A stretch of 63,839 bases of DNA, filler included, from Pirum gemmata (Eukaryota), in NCBI GenBank assembly GCA_002812295.1. It is 13 parts of 13 records of this genome, joined end to end, with 100 filler letters (N's around TTAATTAATTAA, not from the genome) between each part and the next. Parts side by side here need not be neighbours in the genome. Positions count along the whole stretch, not along the records: positions 1 to 4,733 come from PDIN01000893.1; positions 4,834 to 9,649 come from PDIN01000894.1; positions 9,750 to 14,517 come from PDIN01000895.1; 10 more parts are not named here. One strand, 5' to 3'. The notes beneath the pieces are model-generated. The model made no database searches. It saw nothing but the letters and a program-made list of their open reading frames with translations, and was not told the DNA's origin. Shown piece after piece: positions 1 to 14,408 of the stretch. The first letter of the stretch is position 1, and each line of letters opens with the position of its first letter. The translations under genes and the position numbers were made by a program.

Positions 1-34
<34 letters not shown>

Positions 35-2534
35 ATAGAAAAAAAAGCTCTAGTAGAAAAAAGCTTATTGTTATTTCTGGGAAAATATATCTTGGTTGCA
101 GCATCTGAAAGTTTTTGATTAATTTTGATAGGTTTTGATATTACTTTGATAAATGTGAACTTGTGCTCCAACCAGCCAGTATTTAAAAAACAAACCTTGG
201 GGGGGGGGGATTGAAGAACAGAGATAAGTTTAAAAAATTATATATATATAAAAGCATTATGATTTGATATATTTTTTAAAATAGTATATTATTGGTAAAA
301 AAATTGAATTACATAATTTTTTAAAAATTATAATTTTTTTAAAATTTTAGTAAAAAAATAGAGCAGTAAAAACTGCTGAGTAAAACTGCAGTTTACAAAT
401 CAGCTAGGGTAAATCACTTTATTTAAAATAATAGATAAAAAATTAGGTAATAACATTATGATATCTGATAAAATAAATACTATCAAATTATATTCAAATA
501 TGATACTTATTATAAATCCGATAGTCATGTTTTAGATAACCTTTTGCTAATATTAATCTTTCTGTCTCCCTAGCTAGCTAGCTTCTAATACGTATACCTC
601 TACACATGTAGTTTACATAAAGTGTACTAGCTAGAAGGAGTCTACAGCAATAATATAGGGTTGGGGTTGGGGTTGTGGGCATATGATAATAATAAAGTAT
701 ATAATTATCGGTATTTTAATATTCAAGAAGTTTCTTAAACCCTTGTAATATTATATCATAATACCCCTTTTTATTGGAATTGTCACGATGTTTAATTTGG
801 TGTTTTATAAACAAAATAAATAACGAATTATTAAGTGCTTGATATAATTAGTTTTTGCTATTGTAATATAAAAGTACTCAATTGATAGCCTGTACTATTC
901 ATTCGGTCAGTTCAGCTTTGTATTTTACTTATTATTAAAAAACAAAATAAACGAAAAGGACTGTATCACTTGTTTGTAGTAGTAATGTAGATAATATTAT
1001 GCAGTTGTTGCAATGTAGTTGCAGTAGTACGTACTATTCATTCTTACTATAGATAAAATAATTAGACCAAATAATGTATATGTATTAAATACTATATAAT
1101 AACAATGACAATAATAAAAATAATAATATATAATAAAAATAATAATATAATAATAATAATAATAATAATATATATAAATAATAATGAGTGATATTATAAT
1201 TTACAATAACAATACCAATTGTCAGTGACACCAACGTTAACAGTAACTTTAACAGTAACAGCAATAGTAACAGTAACATAATTTTATAACATTGTTTATT
1301 AATATCAAAAACAGTGGTGGTAATTTATATAATATCGATTATATTAGCATAAGCTGCTAGCTAGCCATAAGCTGTAAGTTAGCTCTGTAACTTAGACTAG
1401 CTGCTGAACGTCTCCTACCCCTTGCCCAATGCCTATCGAGAATCCCTTTCTACTAGCTAGCTAGCCAGTAGACTAGCCAGTAGTAGTCTGTAGAGCTAGC
1501 TAGCTAGCTAGACCGTCTACTAACTAACAGGAGTCTAACAGGCAACACAGAATAGTCCTGGGAGGAATACTCTAGTTCTACGAATTTCTCAAAAAAAAAA
1601 AAAAATACAAAAAATACAAAAAGACAAAAAGACAAAAAGATTTGTTTTCTTTATTGAGTCACAACTCACAAGAACTTGCAAAAAAATATTCCATCATTGC
1701 ATTTACTTTCCATTATTCACAGCATTGTTCACTCATTTATCAAAAAACTTTATCACTTTTATTATTACATTGTTACAAAATATTTGGCACTGTTTTAAAA
1801 AATAAAAAATGGTCAGAAATTAAACAATAATTGTTCATGATGACATAATCGATTTATTAATATCGATACTTCGAAAAAAATCAAAACCACACTTGTTGAT
1901 GGGAACTTTAATTAAAGAATGCGAACTATAAAATTAAACTTATTCTACTATTTGTTGCATTTCATAAAGTTCAATATGATTTAAAATTAATGATGATTAC
2001 ATATGTGCCTTTCCAATATGTCAATAATACGTATACTCTATTGCTTATCCTAACTTTATAGCTACCAAACTTAAATTAAACTTTCTCTCTAGTATTAATA
2101 GTTTTTTTTATAACCCTTGAAATCTTGATTATCAACAGACATGTCAAAGAATAGGTAACTTGCAATTGGATTAGCTTTATATTATATTGAATATGAGAAT
2201 TATACAACACTATATTATGTTATGCTATTATATACATATATTATATATAATATGAAATGATAAAAGTATAATGTTATTGTTAAAATTAATTAGTGGGTTT
2301 CAAAAAAAAAAAAAAAAAAAAAAAAAACTAACTGGAGTTATCATAGAATATATTAGGTCAAAATGATATTGAATGTTTTAATTAGCGCTATTGATAACCT
2401 TTGAAATCCCACTTACAGTAATTGCATGCGTTTATAAACCCACAGAGTTGGACAACAAATACTTACATGCATATAATTAATATATATACATATATTATAA
2501 TTATAAGTATCATTGACACCAATTTAAGCTGTAT

Positions 2535-3325
2535 TTAGCCAATGAAGGTGAAAATTGTCGTATTTATAACAGTTCTGATATATTTAATCCCCAGATGTTC
2601 ATTATCGATTTTATCGATATTACCAGAGCTATTACCAGTAAATTTTACTAAGTAAATTTTACATACCGTAGCTATGGGACTGCTATTGTTTTGTGTGAAT
2701 TGGTTGTTGGTATTAATAAAAAAAGTTGTGATTTTTTGTTGTAGGGGTAGAAGTAAGTTATCTGGTATAAAGGTGTTGGCCATGGAATATTGAGATTTTG
2801 CTAGCATTAAGGTGGTGGTTAAATTCATTCTTTCTAATAAGGGTAGAGCTTTCGACTTTTTGGTTGTTTCTATTATATTAATATTAATATTAATTTTTTA
2901 ATTATTTTTCTTTCTAGTTTGTTGTAGTTTTCTTTTTGACTTGCCTGGGAGTTTCCTATAAAAACCCCTAAGTTTTCCATTATTTCGAATTCTAGCTTAC
3001 ATATTTTTTGATTATTCATTAGAATGCCGTTTTCTTCTAATAAGGTTGACAATTTTTGAAAGTACATCGTTTTTGTTTTATCCTGTATTCGTATTATAAC
3101 CACCAATAATTTTACCAAAACTTGTTATTGTATTGATTACTAATAGAATGATTAATTCATTTTTACCGAAGATGTTAATAAGATCATCTGCGTATGCAGG
3201 AGGATACGTTTTTGTAATGAGGTGGATTATAACTCTTAAAAATTCTATATGAATGACAAAAAGATATGTTGACATTGAGCAACCCTGTCTTATACTTCTT
3301 GTTGTAAATATTGGTGTTGTTGTAC
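2535..3325 (-). pseudogene. Decayed non-LTR retrotransposon (L1/Tx1-like) reverse transcriptase fragment
   Basis: Minus strand reads TTPIFTTRSIRQGCSMSTYLFVIHIE...PAYADDLINI, containing the RT QG(x)3S and YADD motifs. After stops and frameshifts it continues ALPLLERMNLTTTLMLAKSQY...LQQKITTFF, resembling the post-RT L1-clade segment. Confidence 0.85.
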
Positions 3326-4700
3326 TACTAGCTAGCTACTAGCTATGATGATAGCTCTAGTAGTAGCTGCTCTAGTAGACCCTGGTCTATGATAGCTATG
3401 ATAGCTATGATATCATAGCTATAGTAGACCCCGTCTATAGCTATGATATCATAGCTCTACCGAGTAGAGTAGCTATTGATACTCTCTAGCTACTAGCTAG
3501 CTAGCTGCTGAAGACTATAGCCTGGCTAGGCGTAGTAGTGATATTTACTGGGAAGACCCTTTTAGGGGGCTACTACTAGCTAGTATTACAGTAGGGGTGG
3601 GGGGGCGGGGTCTATATCGTATATTGTCGTATAGTGTCATATCGATATCATAGTACAATAAAATTTAAAAATTTAATATAGTCTTACTACTATGCATACT
3701 AACACACACCACTGATAAATATCAATCGTATCATAGGTATCATTATGATAAAAGTTTTGTTTTTATAATAATAAACTTAGTTACATTTAGCTTTTTATTT
3801 TTATGTTATATTGAAAACAGTTACGAAAAACACAATTTCTCTAAAACAAAAAATTGAAAATTAAACTCATAATTCTAAAACAAAAAATTGAAAAATATTT
3901 CTTACTCGCATATTCAAATGATTGCATCAAAGCGACATGAATTTATCTGTTAATTTTAATTGGGCAAGCGGGAAAAAAGCAGACGATGGCATCTCCTTAA
4001 GAATGGTAATAAAAGATGGATCTGTCAATATCCAGTCTCTAGAAACTGGTAAATATGAATTACCTATTATTCTCAATCATTCTTGACTAAAACTATTTTT
4101 TTTGTTGACGAATAAACCAAGGCAACAGATAAAATATATACCAAGTTTGTATTTTATTGTGATTTAAGCAATTCGAGGTATATCGCTAGGTATCATAATA
4201 TACTATGCACTTATGCGAATTTTTATGGTTATGATTTAAAGATAAATAATTATCATAGTTCTTATTATGTTGTCATTTTTTTTGTGTCAGTTTTATTATG
4301 GTGTCTTCACTTGTATAATATAATAACAATCACCTTAGAAATCGCTTTTACTTATTATCTTCATTTTAATTCATAGCTGTATTCTTTAGGCTTGTTTAAG
4401 CACCCAATAATCAAATTCTTTATGACATCATCGTTATTTATTTTCACTATTCCGATTTTCAAAATATAAGGTGTATTACAGGCTTATTTTAGAAATTTTC
4501 CTAAGTACAAGGCCCCAGAAGGGAAGATTTTACGAATAAAACATTTACGAGATCAGTCCAATTGTATCATCGATAAGCAAGCTAACGTAACTGATATTTT
4601 AAAAAACATCCGGCACGTGTCAGTCATTTTAGAAGGTATTGTCCCGCCTTTCCCTTTCTAGTGACTTTAATCAAATCACACAAAGAATTTTGTTTTTGGC

Positions 4701-4733
<33 letters not shown>

Positions 4734-4833
4734 NNNNNNNNNNNNNNNNNNNNNNNNNNNNNNNNNNNNNNNNNNNNTTAATTAATTAANNNNNNNNNNN
4801 NNNNNNNNNNNNNNNNNNNNNNNNNNNNNNNNN
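4734..4833. other. Artificial contig linker N44-TTAATTAATTAA-N44 (first of 12)
   Basis: The same 100-nt linker, with stops in all six frames, occurs at 4734, 9650, 14518, 19388, 24330, 29221, 34083, 38903, 43766, 49276, 54153 and 58963. A plain 45-N scaffold gap lies at 48623-48667. Contigs are all about 4.7-4.85 kb apart from one 5.4-kb scaffold, so they look like size-sorted unplaced contigs. Confidence 0.98.
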
Positions 4834-7782
4834 TGGATCTATAAAGTATCTATATAACGTCATGTCAAGGGGTAGGTAGGTAGTTGGTATTTGACTGGAA
4901 ATTAACGTCGAGGGAAAGGTAGATAGGAGGGTATTTGAAGCTGTATTTGACTGGAAGTTGGCGTTACGATATAGGCTTAGCCAGTGCTTAGCCGCTTAGC
5001 TCACAGCTCTATAGCCTAGCTAGTAGTAGAACTAACCCAGGCAATCAAACCCATATAAACCCTTTTTCTTTTAGTCTCTAACCCCCTAATCATAACCCTA
5101 ATCATAAGTTCCTACCCCTAATCCTAACAGTTCCTAACCCTAACCCTAACCCTCTTAAATCCTAATTAATAACCCGACTATCCCCCAAACCCTAACCTTA
5201 ACCTTAACTCTAACCTTAATTAACCTAACAGTCCGTAACCCTAACTCTAACCCTAACTAACCATGCCCTACCCCATTAGCATAATTAGTTTGAATCAAAT
5301 CACTCGAACGAGTTTGAAAATCAAAATGTGCAACGTGCCCTCGTTTCAGTAGCTAGGGTCTTGATAGACTATATATATTCGAAAATAACCGAAAATTTGC
5401 TATATCAGTATATGTACCATAATAAGTTTATATGACGTCATACTTACTAAATGGTTGGTAGAACTGTTGGTAGAGAGAATCTATAACAGAATCTATCATA
5501 GCTTAGCTACAATGGAAGATGTACTTATCTTTGTAAGATGGATAAAGTAAAACTTGAAGGTTCTTGCGATGGAAAGGAACATGTTACTGTCGTTTTAAAA
5601 ACAACAGCATAACAGTTCAGGTTCTATAAATACCTTGAGGATTTTTTGAATCTCACTATTTACTACTAGTTTATACTAGTTTACATACTAGCTAGCTAGT
5701 AGTAGTCTAGCTATCAATGCCTATCATAGCTAGCTACTAGTAGTGGAGCTAGCTAGCTATCGATAGAGACTCCTCGGTAGTAGCTATGTTGCTTTTCAGT
5801 TGTTTTGTCATCATAAAATATAAAATAAATAGTACCAAATTAATACAATACAAATCCATTTTATTTAATTTGGTATATTTTATTATTCATTTATTCATTT
5901 AACAATGTCAATTAAAAACTTATAACCAACCAAATAAATATTAGGAGGGACAAAATAATTTGGGCCCAGCAGTAGAATGTCTGATAGTTTAAAAAATTTA
6001 ATCAAATAATACCTTACGTCAAGGGGTTGGTAGGTAGCTGGTATTTGACCGGAAATTAACGTCGAGGGGTAGGTAGGTAGGGGTATTTGAAGCTGTATTT
6101 GACCGGAAGTTGGCGTTACATAGTATTTGAAAGTGTCCTGGACAAGCTAGTAGGGGTGAGATATCTACTGGAACTTTTTTCGAACAGATACTTATCGAGC
6201 CAACCTTAGTTCCGTGTTCTTTACTAACAATAGCTGTTAAATAGCTTAAAATAGTAAATCTAATTATAGCAGATACCAATTAAAGTAATAACATTGACAT
6301 TAATAGTAATAAACCATAAAAATCGAAAAAGTTCCAGCAGCTGCTCGGTGATAATAAAATGACGTCATCTCACCCCTACTCCTGGACTCCTGGTGTCTTC
6401 TGTAAGCTCATCTATATCAGACATGTTTTTTTTAAAAATTAATCTGGTACTTTATACTTTTTATAAACAAGAAATTATATAGTTAAACAGTACCAAATCA
6501 AAGATTTGAGAGGAAAACATATATTAAACTACCGGTATAATATAAGATAACTGTTTTTTTATGATCAGCGTTTATTATCAATAACATTTTAATGTTGTTT
6601 ATCGATATTATTATATTATCATAAATACGGATAATTCTATACAAAATATTATCATATACTGAAAAACAAAAAATAATATTCAGGAAAAAACATTAATTCT
6701 ATGTAATTATTATTTATTTTATTATAGCACTAAACTAACTGCTAAATTATGTATTATGATAATGAAGGATAATCATAGTAGGTAGTTGATATTACTACTG
6801 GTGGTCTACACGTAGGTAGTTGATATTACTACTGGTGGTCTACACAATACTTCTACAATGCTTCTTTATTTTTATAACTTTTAATATATTGGTTGCTTTT
6901 TTTTTGGGAGAGAATGAAACATAAAAAGCAACGATATTTATAAGAAAATAAACAGACTCAATCTTTAATTTGGTACTGTTTAAGTGTATAATTGAACTTT
7001 TTATTAATACAAAGTTAAGTATAAAATCATACCAAATTAATCAAAACATGCCTGATAGTTTAAACATAATAACAATTTGGTATTTTTTTGAACTGGACGA
7101 CACTATTGAAAAAACAATAGCCGTAATAATATAAAGTACTGGTCCCAAAAACTGTCTTTGATATAACATTACAATAACGCCAATAAAAGTTATCTTTCAT
7201 GTTACTATTCTTTTTGTTGTGGAATATAATATAAATTGTATAATAACATGCTTGTTTAATTATTATTTTATCATTATAATAACAATAACAATAATTATCA
7301 GTATTATTATTATTATAATATTTTATAAATAAGTGGAATTCGTTTTACTAATAATGAAGTTTGTAAAGACGTCAAATCATACATAATTATTATATATAAT
7401 ATTACTGAATAAGGTTGTCTCATTTGGTGTGTTGGGGCGCTGTTGGGGCGGGGGTAAAAATTGATGAAAACTGTCATAAATATCACAATTATATTATTCT
7501 TTTAATTAATTTTAATAATAATAATAATATAATAATATAGTAGTCTACTTCAGTTTTTTTTTTTCATTGTCGAGTTGATTTACCCTACCCGTAACCCTAA
7601 CCCTAACCCTAAGTAGCATTGCATCCCACACGTATTAAATTTTTGTTGATTTTTATTATTGTAGCACCTAGCTAGAGTACGATAGTTGTTATTAGAAAAA
7701 AACTTCAAACCCAAAAGCTGTCATTTGTATCATTAGTCTATCATAGAATAATTTGTTAATTAACAATATGCACTTATTTAAT

Positions 7783-7932
7783 AAGGGTTAGGGTTAGGGT
7801 TAGGGTTAGGGTTAAGGTTAGGGTTAGGGTTAGGGTTAGGGTTAGGATTAGGGTTAGGGTTAGGGTTAGGGTTAGGATTAGGGTTAGGGTNGGTTAGGGT
7901 TAGGATTAGGGTTAGGGTTAGGGTTAGGATTA
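7783..7932 (+). repeat. Interstitial telomeric-type (TTAGGG)n tract, representative
   Basis: Other tracts, in both orientations, near 5080, 7590, 11083, 11520, 13140, 14435, 20963, 22450, 22800, 26397, 37630, 38565, 45435 and 59815. Confidence 0.95.
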
Positions 7933-10077
7933 AATGCTATTATTAGTAAAACACAGAACTAAGGTTGGCTCGATAAGCATCTGTTCGAAAAAAGTTCCAG
8001 TAGATATCTCACCCCTACTATATTTTGGCTATAATATTTCCTCAATTATGAATTATTAGCCAATGAAAATGATTTGTTATTTTATTTTATTTTTAGTTTT
8101 TTTTTTCATTCATTTTTTTTTTTTTAACTATCAAGCCGGATAAAAATGGCGACACCCGCCATATATATGAGTTCAAAAATCCTAAAAATATCAAAATGAT
8201 CCAATTTTAATAGAAGTACTACCAAATTTTGAGAAATAATTTAATAAGAAAAACTATATTATGAACCAATGGCTAGTTTTTAAAAATAAGTTGGCTAGTT
8301 AATATTAAAGGTTTTTAGGAAAGAAGTTTAAAAAAAAAAAAAAGATTTCTACAGTTTTATCCAGCAAAAAAAATAATAAGAAAATACAAACATCAACATA
8401 GACTATTATACTACTAACTATTATTATATGATTTATATCACTTTTATATCTCATGTTTTTTAGTATTTTTGAAATGATGACATAATATTTTCAATATCAT
8501 GAAACTTTCGAGTTTGTGGGCAACGTTGCACACTTGCAGGCAGGCACCTTGCAGGCACACAGCCGCACACATAATAATAATTTTTAAAATAAGTAAATTG
8601 TTTCCTTTTTTTTCAAAAAGAAACAGTTGAGCGAGAATTCAAAGCAATCGCTCAAAAGAAATTACACATTAAAATTTTTAAGACTACGATAAAAGTATCT
8701 GATCTACATAAGTCGTAAGGGCAGGCACCCTTTTAACTTTTATCCCCAACTTTTTTTGTAAAATGTATATGTTGTTGTCCGAACTGTTGTCAATACATAT
8801 CATTAATTCTTATCATTTGTGCATTGTATTGATTATGATAATGTACATAGGTTGGTTAATTTTGATGTTGAAGCCTTTTGAAGTTTCTGAGTGATTATTA
8901 TTATTATTATGTGATATTATATTAGCTAATTATAATAATTATAGTTTAATTTAAAAATTCTTGCTTACTTATAATAATTGCTATCGATAGATAATAATTG
9001 AAAATGGGCTATGGGCTATGTATTTTTTTGGTAATATTTAACTAATTTGATAACTTAAACAGTTAAACTATGGTATTATGTTATCATAGTGTATTATTAA
9101 TTAATATTATGATCATACTCTCATCATGTCTAGTAGACTGTAGCTGCTGGTGCCCCAGCCAGCCTCTTTCTGAGACTTCCTTTTTTATCTAGCCTTTTTT
9201 ATCCATTTTAGTTGTGATCGATACCCTGTCAGTGCTGTCACTCCCTGTCAACCCCAGTCAACAAGGGTAGGTTTATTTATTGTATCATATCATTCTAAAG
9301 TCTATGATTAATTTCATTGCTATCTGATAAAAATTGTAGTCTACTGCCAAAGTTTGAGAAATCGTCTAGCTAACAAAACTCTATTATGGATCAATGGCAA
9401 GTTTTTAAAAATAATTTGGTTAGTTATGATATGCATAGCATTAAAGATTTTTAGAAAAGAAGTATAAAAAAAATGATACAGATTTATCTGGCTTGGCTGT
9501 TGAATTTTATTTTTTTTTGTTTTTGTTTTTTTGTTTTTTTTTATTTATTTTTAAAGCACGATAGACATGGGCGTGGTGTTTGGATTTTCAAAACACAGTC
9601 TAAAAAATTATATCTACGGAAACTTCTTTAACCCTATATGTTATTTAGTNNNNNNNNNNNNNNNNNNNNNNNNNNNNNNNNNNNNNNNNNNNNTTAATTA
9701 ATTAANNNNNNNNNNNNNNNNNNNNNNNNNNNNNNNNNNNNNNNNNNNNAAAAAAAAATATAAAAAAAAAAAAAAAAAAAAAAAAAGAAAGAAAGAAAAA
9801 AATAATTGGGTATGCTATAATAGAAAATTGTACATTATAAGATAAGAGTGAAACACTAGTTGTACTCTAAAATTACAATATATTCACTAAACAATATTTA
9901 TTTGGCAGTCATTAAATTTTATTGGATACTTTTATATAAATTTTAATGCTAACCGTGTTCTTGTTTTTTTTAAATGGCTACATTTAACTATCTGAAACTA
10001 TCACCATTTTTAAAACCAATGAACTTTCGTTGTTTTACCGAAAAAAAGTAACTTATTTACAATCTTTTTTTTTTTAA

Positions 10078-10311
10078 CAAGCCGGATAAAAATGGCGACA
10101 TCTACCATATGGGCTCAAAAATCCAAAAAATCTCAAAATTATCCAATTTAATAAAAGTGCTACCAAAGTTTTAGAATTATTATAATTAAAAAACTCTATT
10201 ATGAACCAATGGAGAGTTTTTTAAAACTATTTGGCTAGTTAGCATTTAAAGTTTTTAGAAAAGAAGTCTACTAAAAAAAAATGATTTTTACAGTTTTATC
10301 CGGCTTGACTG
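10078..10311. mobile_element. MITE family F (~230 bp)
   Basis: TIR CAAGCCGGATAAAA / TTTTATCCGGCTTG; this copy is bracketed by TTAA. Other copies near 8132, 9320, 18374-18597 (reversed) and 21090. Confidence 0.85.
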
Positions 10312-11399
10312 TTAAAAAAAATATAAAACAAAACAGATTTCCGGTGGCTCAATTTATTATAAATATCATAGTGAATAAAAAAAAAATTTATCCTGCGTGT
10401 ACCGGAGTATTTTTATTATTTTTCGAGGACGCCTTAATTTATAAAATTTAATAAGCTAGAAGACTATACAGCCCCCGTTTACTATACCTTAGAAATTATT
10501 TTTTATGCCTCCTTAGTTACCGTATTATAAACAGTAGGCCCGGCCCGCTGCAATAAAATAAAAAAAATAAAAATAAAATCCCGGTGGGTTTCCTGTACTG
10601 GTGAGAAATGGATCGAGAGGAATGTGGCTTATTATTGGCAATCACCATCACTATCATAATATCAATTTTTTTTTATAATTTTTTATCATTTTTTAAAAAT
10701 TTTTTTTTTTAAAAAACTTTATAAAAAAATAAAAAAATAAAAAAAATAAAAAAATAAAAAAATAAAATGAAATAAAATAAAACTAATAAATAAATAATAA
10801 AATATTTTGTTTTAAAAAAATATCATAAATGGATAAGTAAATAAATATTAATTAATAAAATTTAATGTAAATTTACATTGTATATATTATAGTCTTTATA
10901 TATGTGATATGTAACTGTTAATTAATAATAATGTAATTATAAGCTATCATCTTTGCTAGACTGTTTTCTTTTCAAAAAAAAGTATATTTATAAATTAAAT
11001 AATACATATGTATACTAACACAATAATAAATCGATTGCCAAAGGACTGACCAAGGTTCGAGCAATGTATGGTTCTCTATAATAGGGTTAGGGTTAGTTTA
11101 ATAAGGTTATAATTAGCTATAGGGTTAGGGTTAGGGTTGTAATGCTAGCTAGGGTTAGGGTAAGGGTTTAGGGTTAGGGTTAGAGTTAGGGTTTAGGGTT
11201 AGGGTTAGGGTTAGGGTTAGGGTTTAGGCTATCATACTATGATAGACATAAATTTAAAGCATTCATACAGCCATAGACCACCCAGCTGGTCATAGACAGT
11301 TCATGACTTCATTTTTAGAGGACTTCAACTTTTTTTTCTTGAAGTTGAAAAAAAATATTTATTGTGCTTTTAAAAAAATTTCGTTTATTTTGTCACTCN

Positions 11400-11433
<34 letters not shown>

Positions 11434-13574
11434 AATTTGCTAACTTTTTTTTTTTTTGTTTGTTTTTTTTATGACATTGTAATATTATATACTCTAACTA
11501 ATAGTCTCTAACCTTTTAATTAATTAACCTTAACCTAGCCCTTTCCTTCATTATCCCTAACCCTAAACCTTTACCATAACCTCAATCATATACCCATAAC
11601 CATAACCTTACAACCTTAATTAACCTTACTAACCCTAACCCTAACCCTAGCCCCTAAACCCTAACCTAAAACCCTAACCCCTAACCCCTAACCCTAACCC
11701 TAACCCTAACCCTAATCCTCTAACATGAGTTCTATAGAAAAAAAGAAAAGAAACGAAAGTTTTAAAGAAAAAAAAGAGCAATATTTAGATTTATTTACAT
11801 TATCGATATCATAATGCATTATATATATTATAATGCAATAATAAATTTAATAAATATATAGATAAATAATATAATATTAACAGTTTAAATAATAATTGTA
11901 ATATTATAATAATAATTATTATACAGTAACAATATTATAATATGGACGGGTCTAAAGCCTATCATTTCTGTTTTTATAAATAAATCAATTTATGAAAAAA
12001 AAAAAAACAATATGCATGATACTATCATTTTCCTAATGTACTTTTTTGGGGTTCGGTTTTTCGGTTACTACCAATAATTGATCTGAGAAAGTTTGAGAAT
12101 TATTTTTAAATTTTAATTTTATTTATATTTATATTGATATAATAATAAATACTAGATAATAAATAAATAAATACATCTACTGGCACCCAACACAAACAAA
12201 TCTATAAAGAAATATTATATCTAAAAGATGACTATTAATATTAAAATATTAATAATAATATCTATATATTGTAATATATATATTATACACATATATATAC
12301 ACATGTATATTAATATTGTGCTTTTCATTTATTATGTCACTCTGAATATTTATTTGCTAAGTTATAATCTTAAAATTGACAATTTTAAATGAATAAACAG
12401 ATAATAAGATATGCCAAATTAAACGTAATGAATATCGATCCCCCGGATTTATTGTTAATTTGGTACTTTTTATTGTATATTTTATGATGATAAAACACTA
12501 CTGTAAGCACCAGTTTTCGCATAATTATCTGTTTATCCCGCAAAAAGTGTCAGTATATATAATACATGCATGTATATAATAATATTTATCGTGCTTTTCA
12601 GTTATTTTGTCGTCATAAAATATACAATAAATAGTACCAAATTAATACAATAAGTGACAAAATAAATGAAAAGTATTAATATAATATTTAATTAATATAA
12701 TAATATATATTAATAGCGAGTGATATTTTGTAATGTTGTATTAATATTAATAACAATTTGTATGGTTTGTCTGGATGGTTTGTGGCTGAAAAAAAATAGA
12801 CTAAATATTAAAAGTCTAAATATATATTAATAAAAAAAAATTGTTTTTCACAACATTAAATTTTTATGTTCTCATGATTTATTATAATCATTAATATTCA
12901 TATTATAATAATATTTATAATCGCTTTTATATTATGTAAATAGGATTTTTCAAAAAATGTTTTTGATTTTAAAGTACTATTATTAGCACGCTGTACTATA
13001 ATTATATATCTCTCTATATTATAATTTTATATATATAGCAAAAAAGTGGTTATTTTCGAAAATTACCATAGGAGTTTTGTTTTTTGAGGGGGTAGACCTC
13101 TTAGGGGTAGGGTTCAAGCTATGGTTACTTTATGGTTATGTTTAGGGTTAGGGTTAGGGTATATAGTACCAAATTAATACAATATAAAACCATTTCATTT
13201 AATTAGGTATATTTTATTATCTATTTACTCATTTAAAAAATGTCAATTTATTGGTTATAAACCACAAAATAAAATAAAAGGTCAATATTAAAATTTATGT
13301 TTTAATTTAAATTATACATTCATTCTTACAATGTTACTGAATCAATTCAAGTAATAATTATAATTAATAACTGGATAATTATAATTACATAAAACATTAA
13401 AAATAATTTAATTAGTTAATTAACATAATTAATTTAACATTAAATTTTCATAATATAAATAAATTAGTCAACAATTTTGTGCAAAATGTATTTACACAAG
13501 AAGTTCGATAATATTAAAAAAATTCACACATCAAACATAAAATTAATTAATTACAAATATTATAATTATATTTT

Positions 13575-13672
13575 GTTAGTTTTACTTTTAGCGTTCTCAA
13601 CAAAACATTAACTAAATTTTCCTTTCAACACCATCTTCAACAACACCTTCAATCATATATACTTAAACCAAC
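13575..13672 (-). pseudogene. Degenerate partial duplicate of the WS/DGAT 3' end
   Basis: ttagttttacttttagcgttctcaacaaaacattaact...cctttcaacaccatcttcaacaacacc mirrors 13952-14041 with deletions. Confidence 0.7.
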
Positions 13673-13936
13673 AATAGATATTATATTGGTTCTTTTTATG
13701 AAGTAAAAATGTGTTGTCATTAACAAATTCATATATATATATTGTTTTTTGAAACTAATTACGACCAAGCTTTACAAATGCCCTTCTCGACTTCTTATAC
13801 TATTCACATGGAAACTGTCCAATCTAGCCAACAAAATACTTTGTCTGACTTTGACTTTTCACTGGTCAACATGTTCCTGTATAAGGATGATATATTTGGA
13901 ACCATTCTTTTATATATTTCATCTGTAAATATATAA

Positions 13937-14408
13937 CTAGTTTGTTTTTTGGTTAGTTTTACTTTTAGCCTTCTCCAACAAAACATTAAACTCATTGACA
14001 AAGTGTTCACAAATCCTTTCAACACTCCCTTCAACAACACCCGACTCTGCAAAAGCACCAAAGTAAATTCGACCATTATAACTTAACAATCCCATACTTA
14101 AGCCACCACGACTTCCACAAGGAATAAATGGAGCAAACGATTCCACTTCATGACCTGCAATATTAATTTCGCAAGCAGGACCAGGAACATTAGTTAAAAT
14201 AGTTTGGCATTTTGTTGCATAAAAATTCATCATTAAACCATCAAACATTGTAAATACTTTCACAAACAAAGTCCAACTCCATAAAAACTCAAACCCAAAG
14301 TACATTAAAACCGGAACTGGTGAATATTTTAAGTAATTCATATTTTTGTGGATACTTTCCATACGTTCAAGTGGATCAGCAATAGTAGTAGGCATAAAGG
14401 TGAACGCC
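13937..14408 (-). CDS. Terminal exon of a WS/DGAT (wax ester synthase/diacylglycerol acyltransferase) gene, C-terminal domain; upstream exons lie off the contig
   Basis: TILTNVPGP...IAGHEVESFAPF...GLSMGLLSYNGRIYFGAFAE matches the WS_DGAT_C signature (SNVPGP, SYxG). An acceptor ttgttttag precedes 14408, and the TAG stop is at 13937. Confidence 0.88.

Noticed and set aside
4778..4789. Regularly spaced TTAATTAATTAA palindrome every ~4.8 kb
   Set aside because: It is an assembly linker embedded in N runs. Adjacency of genes across linkers has no biological meaning.
6019..6279. Similar ORFs at 6019-6279 and 40487-40672, and at 30119 and 42644
   Set aside because: The similarity comes from MITE families D and A, not from conserved proteins.
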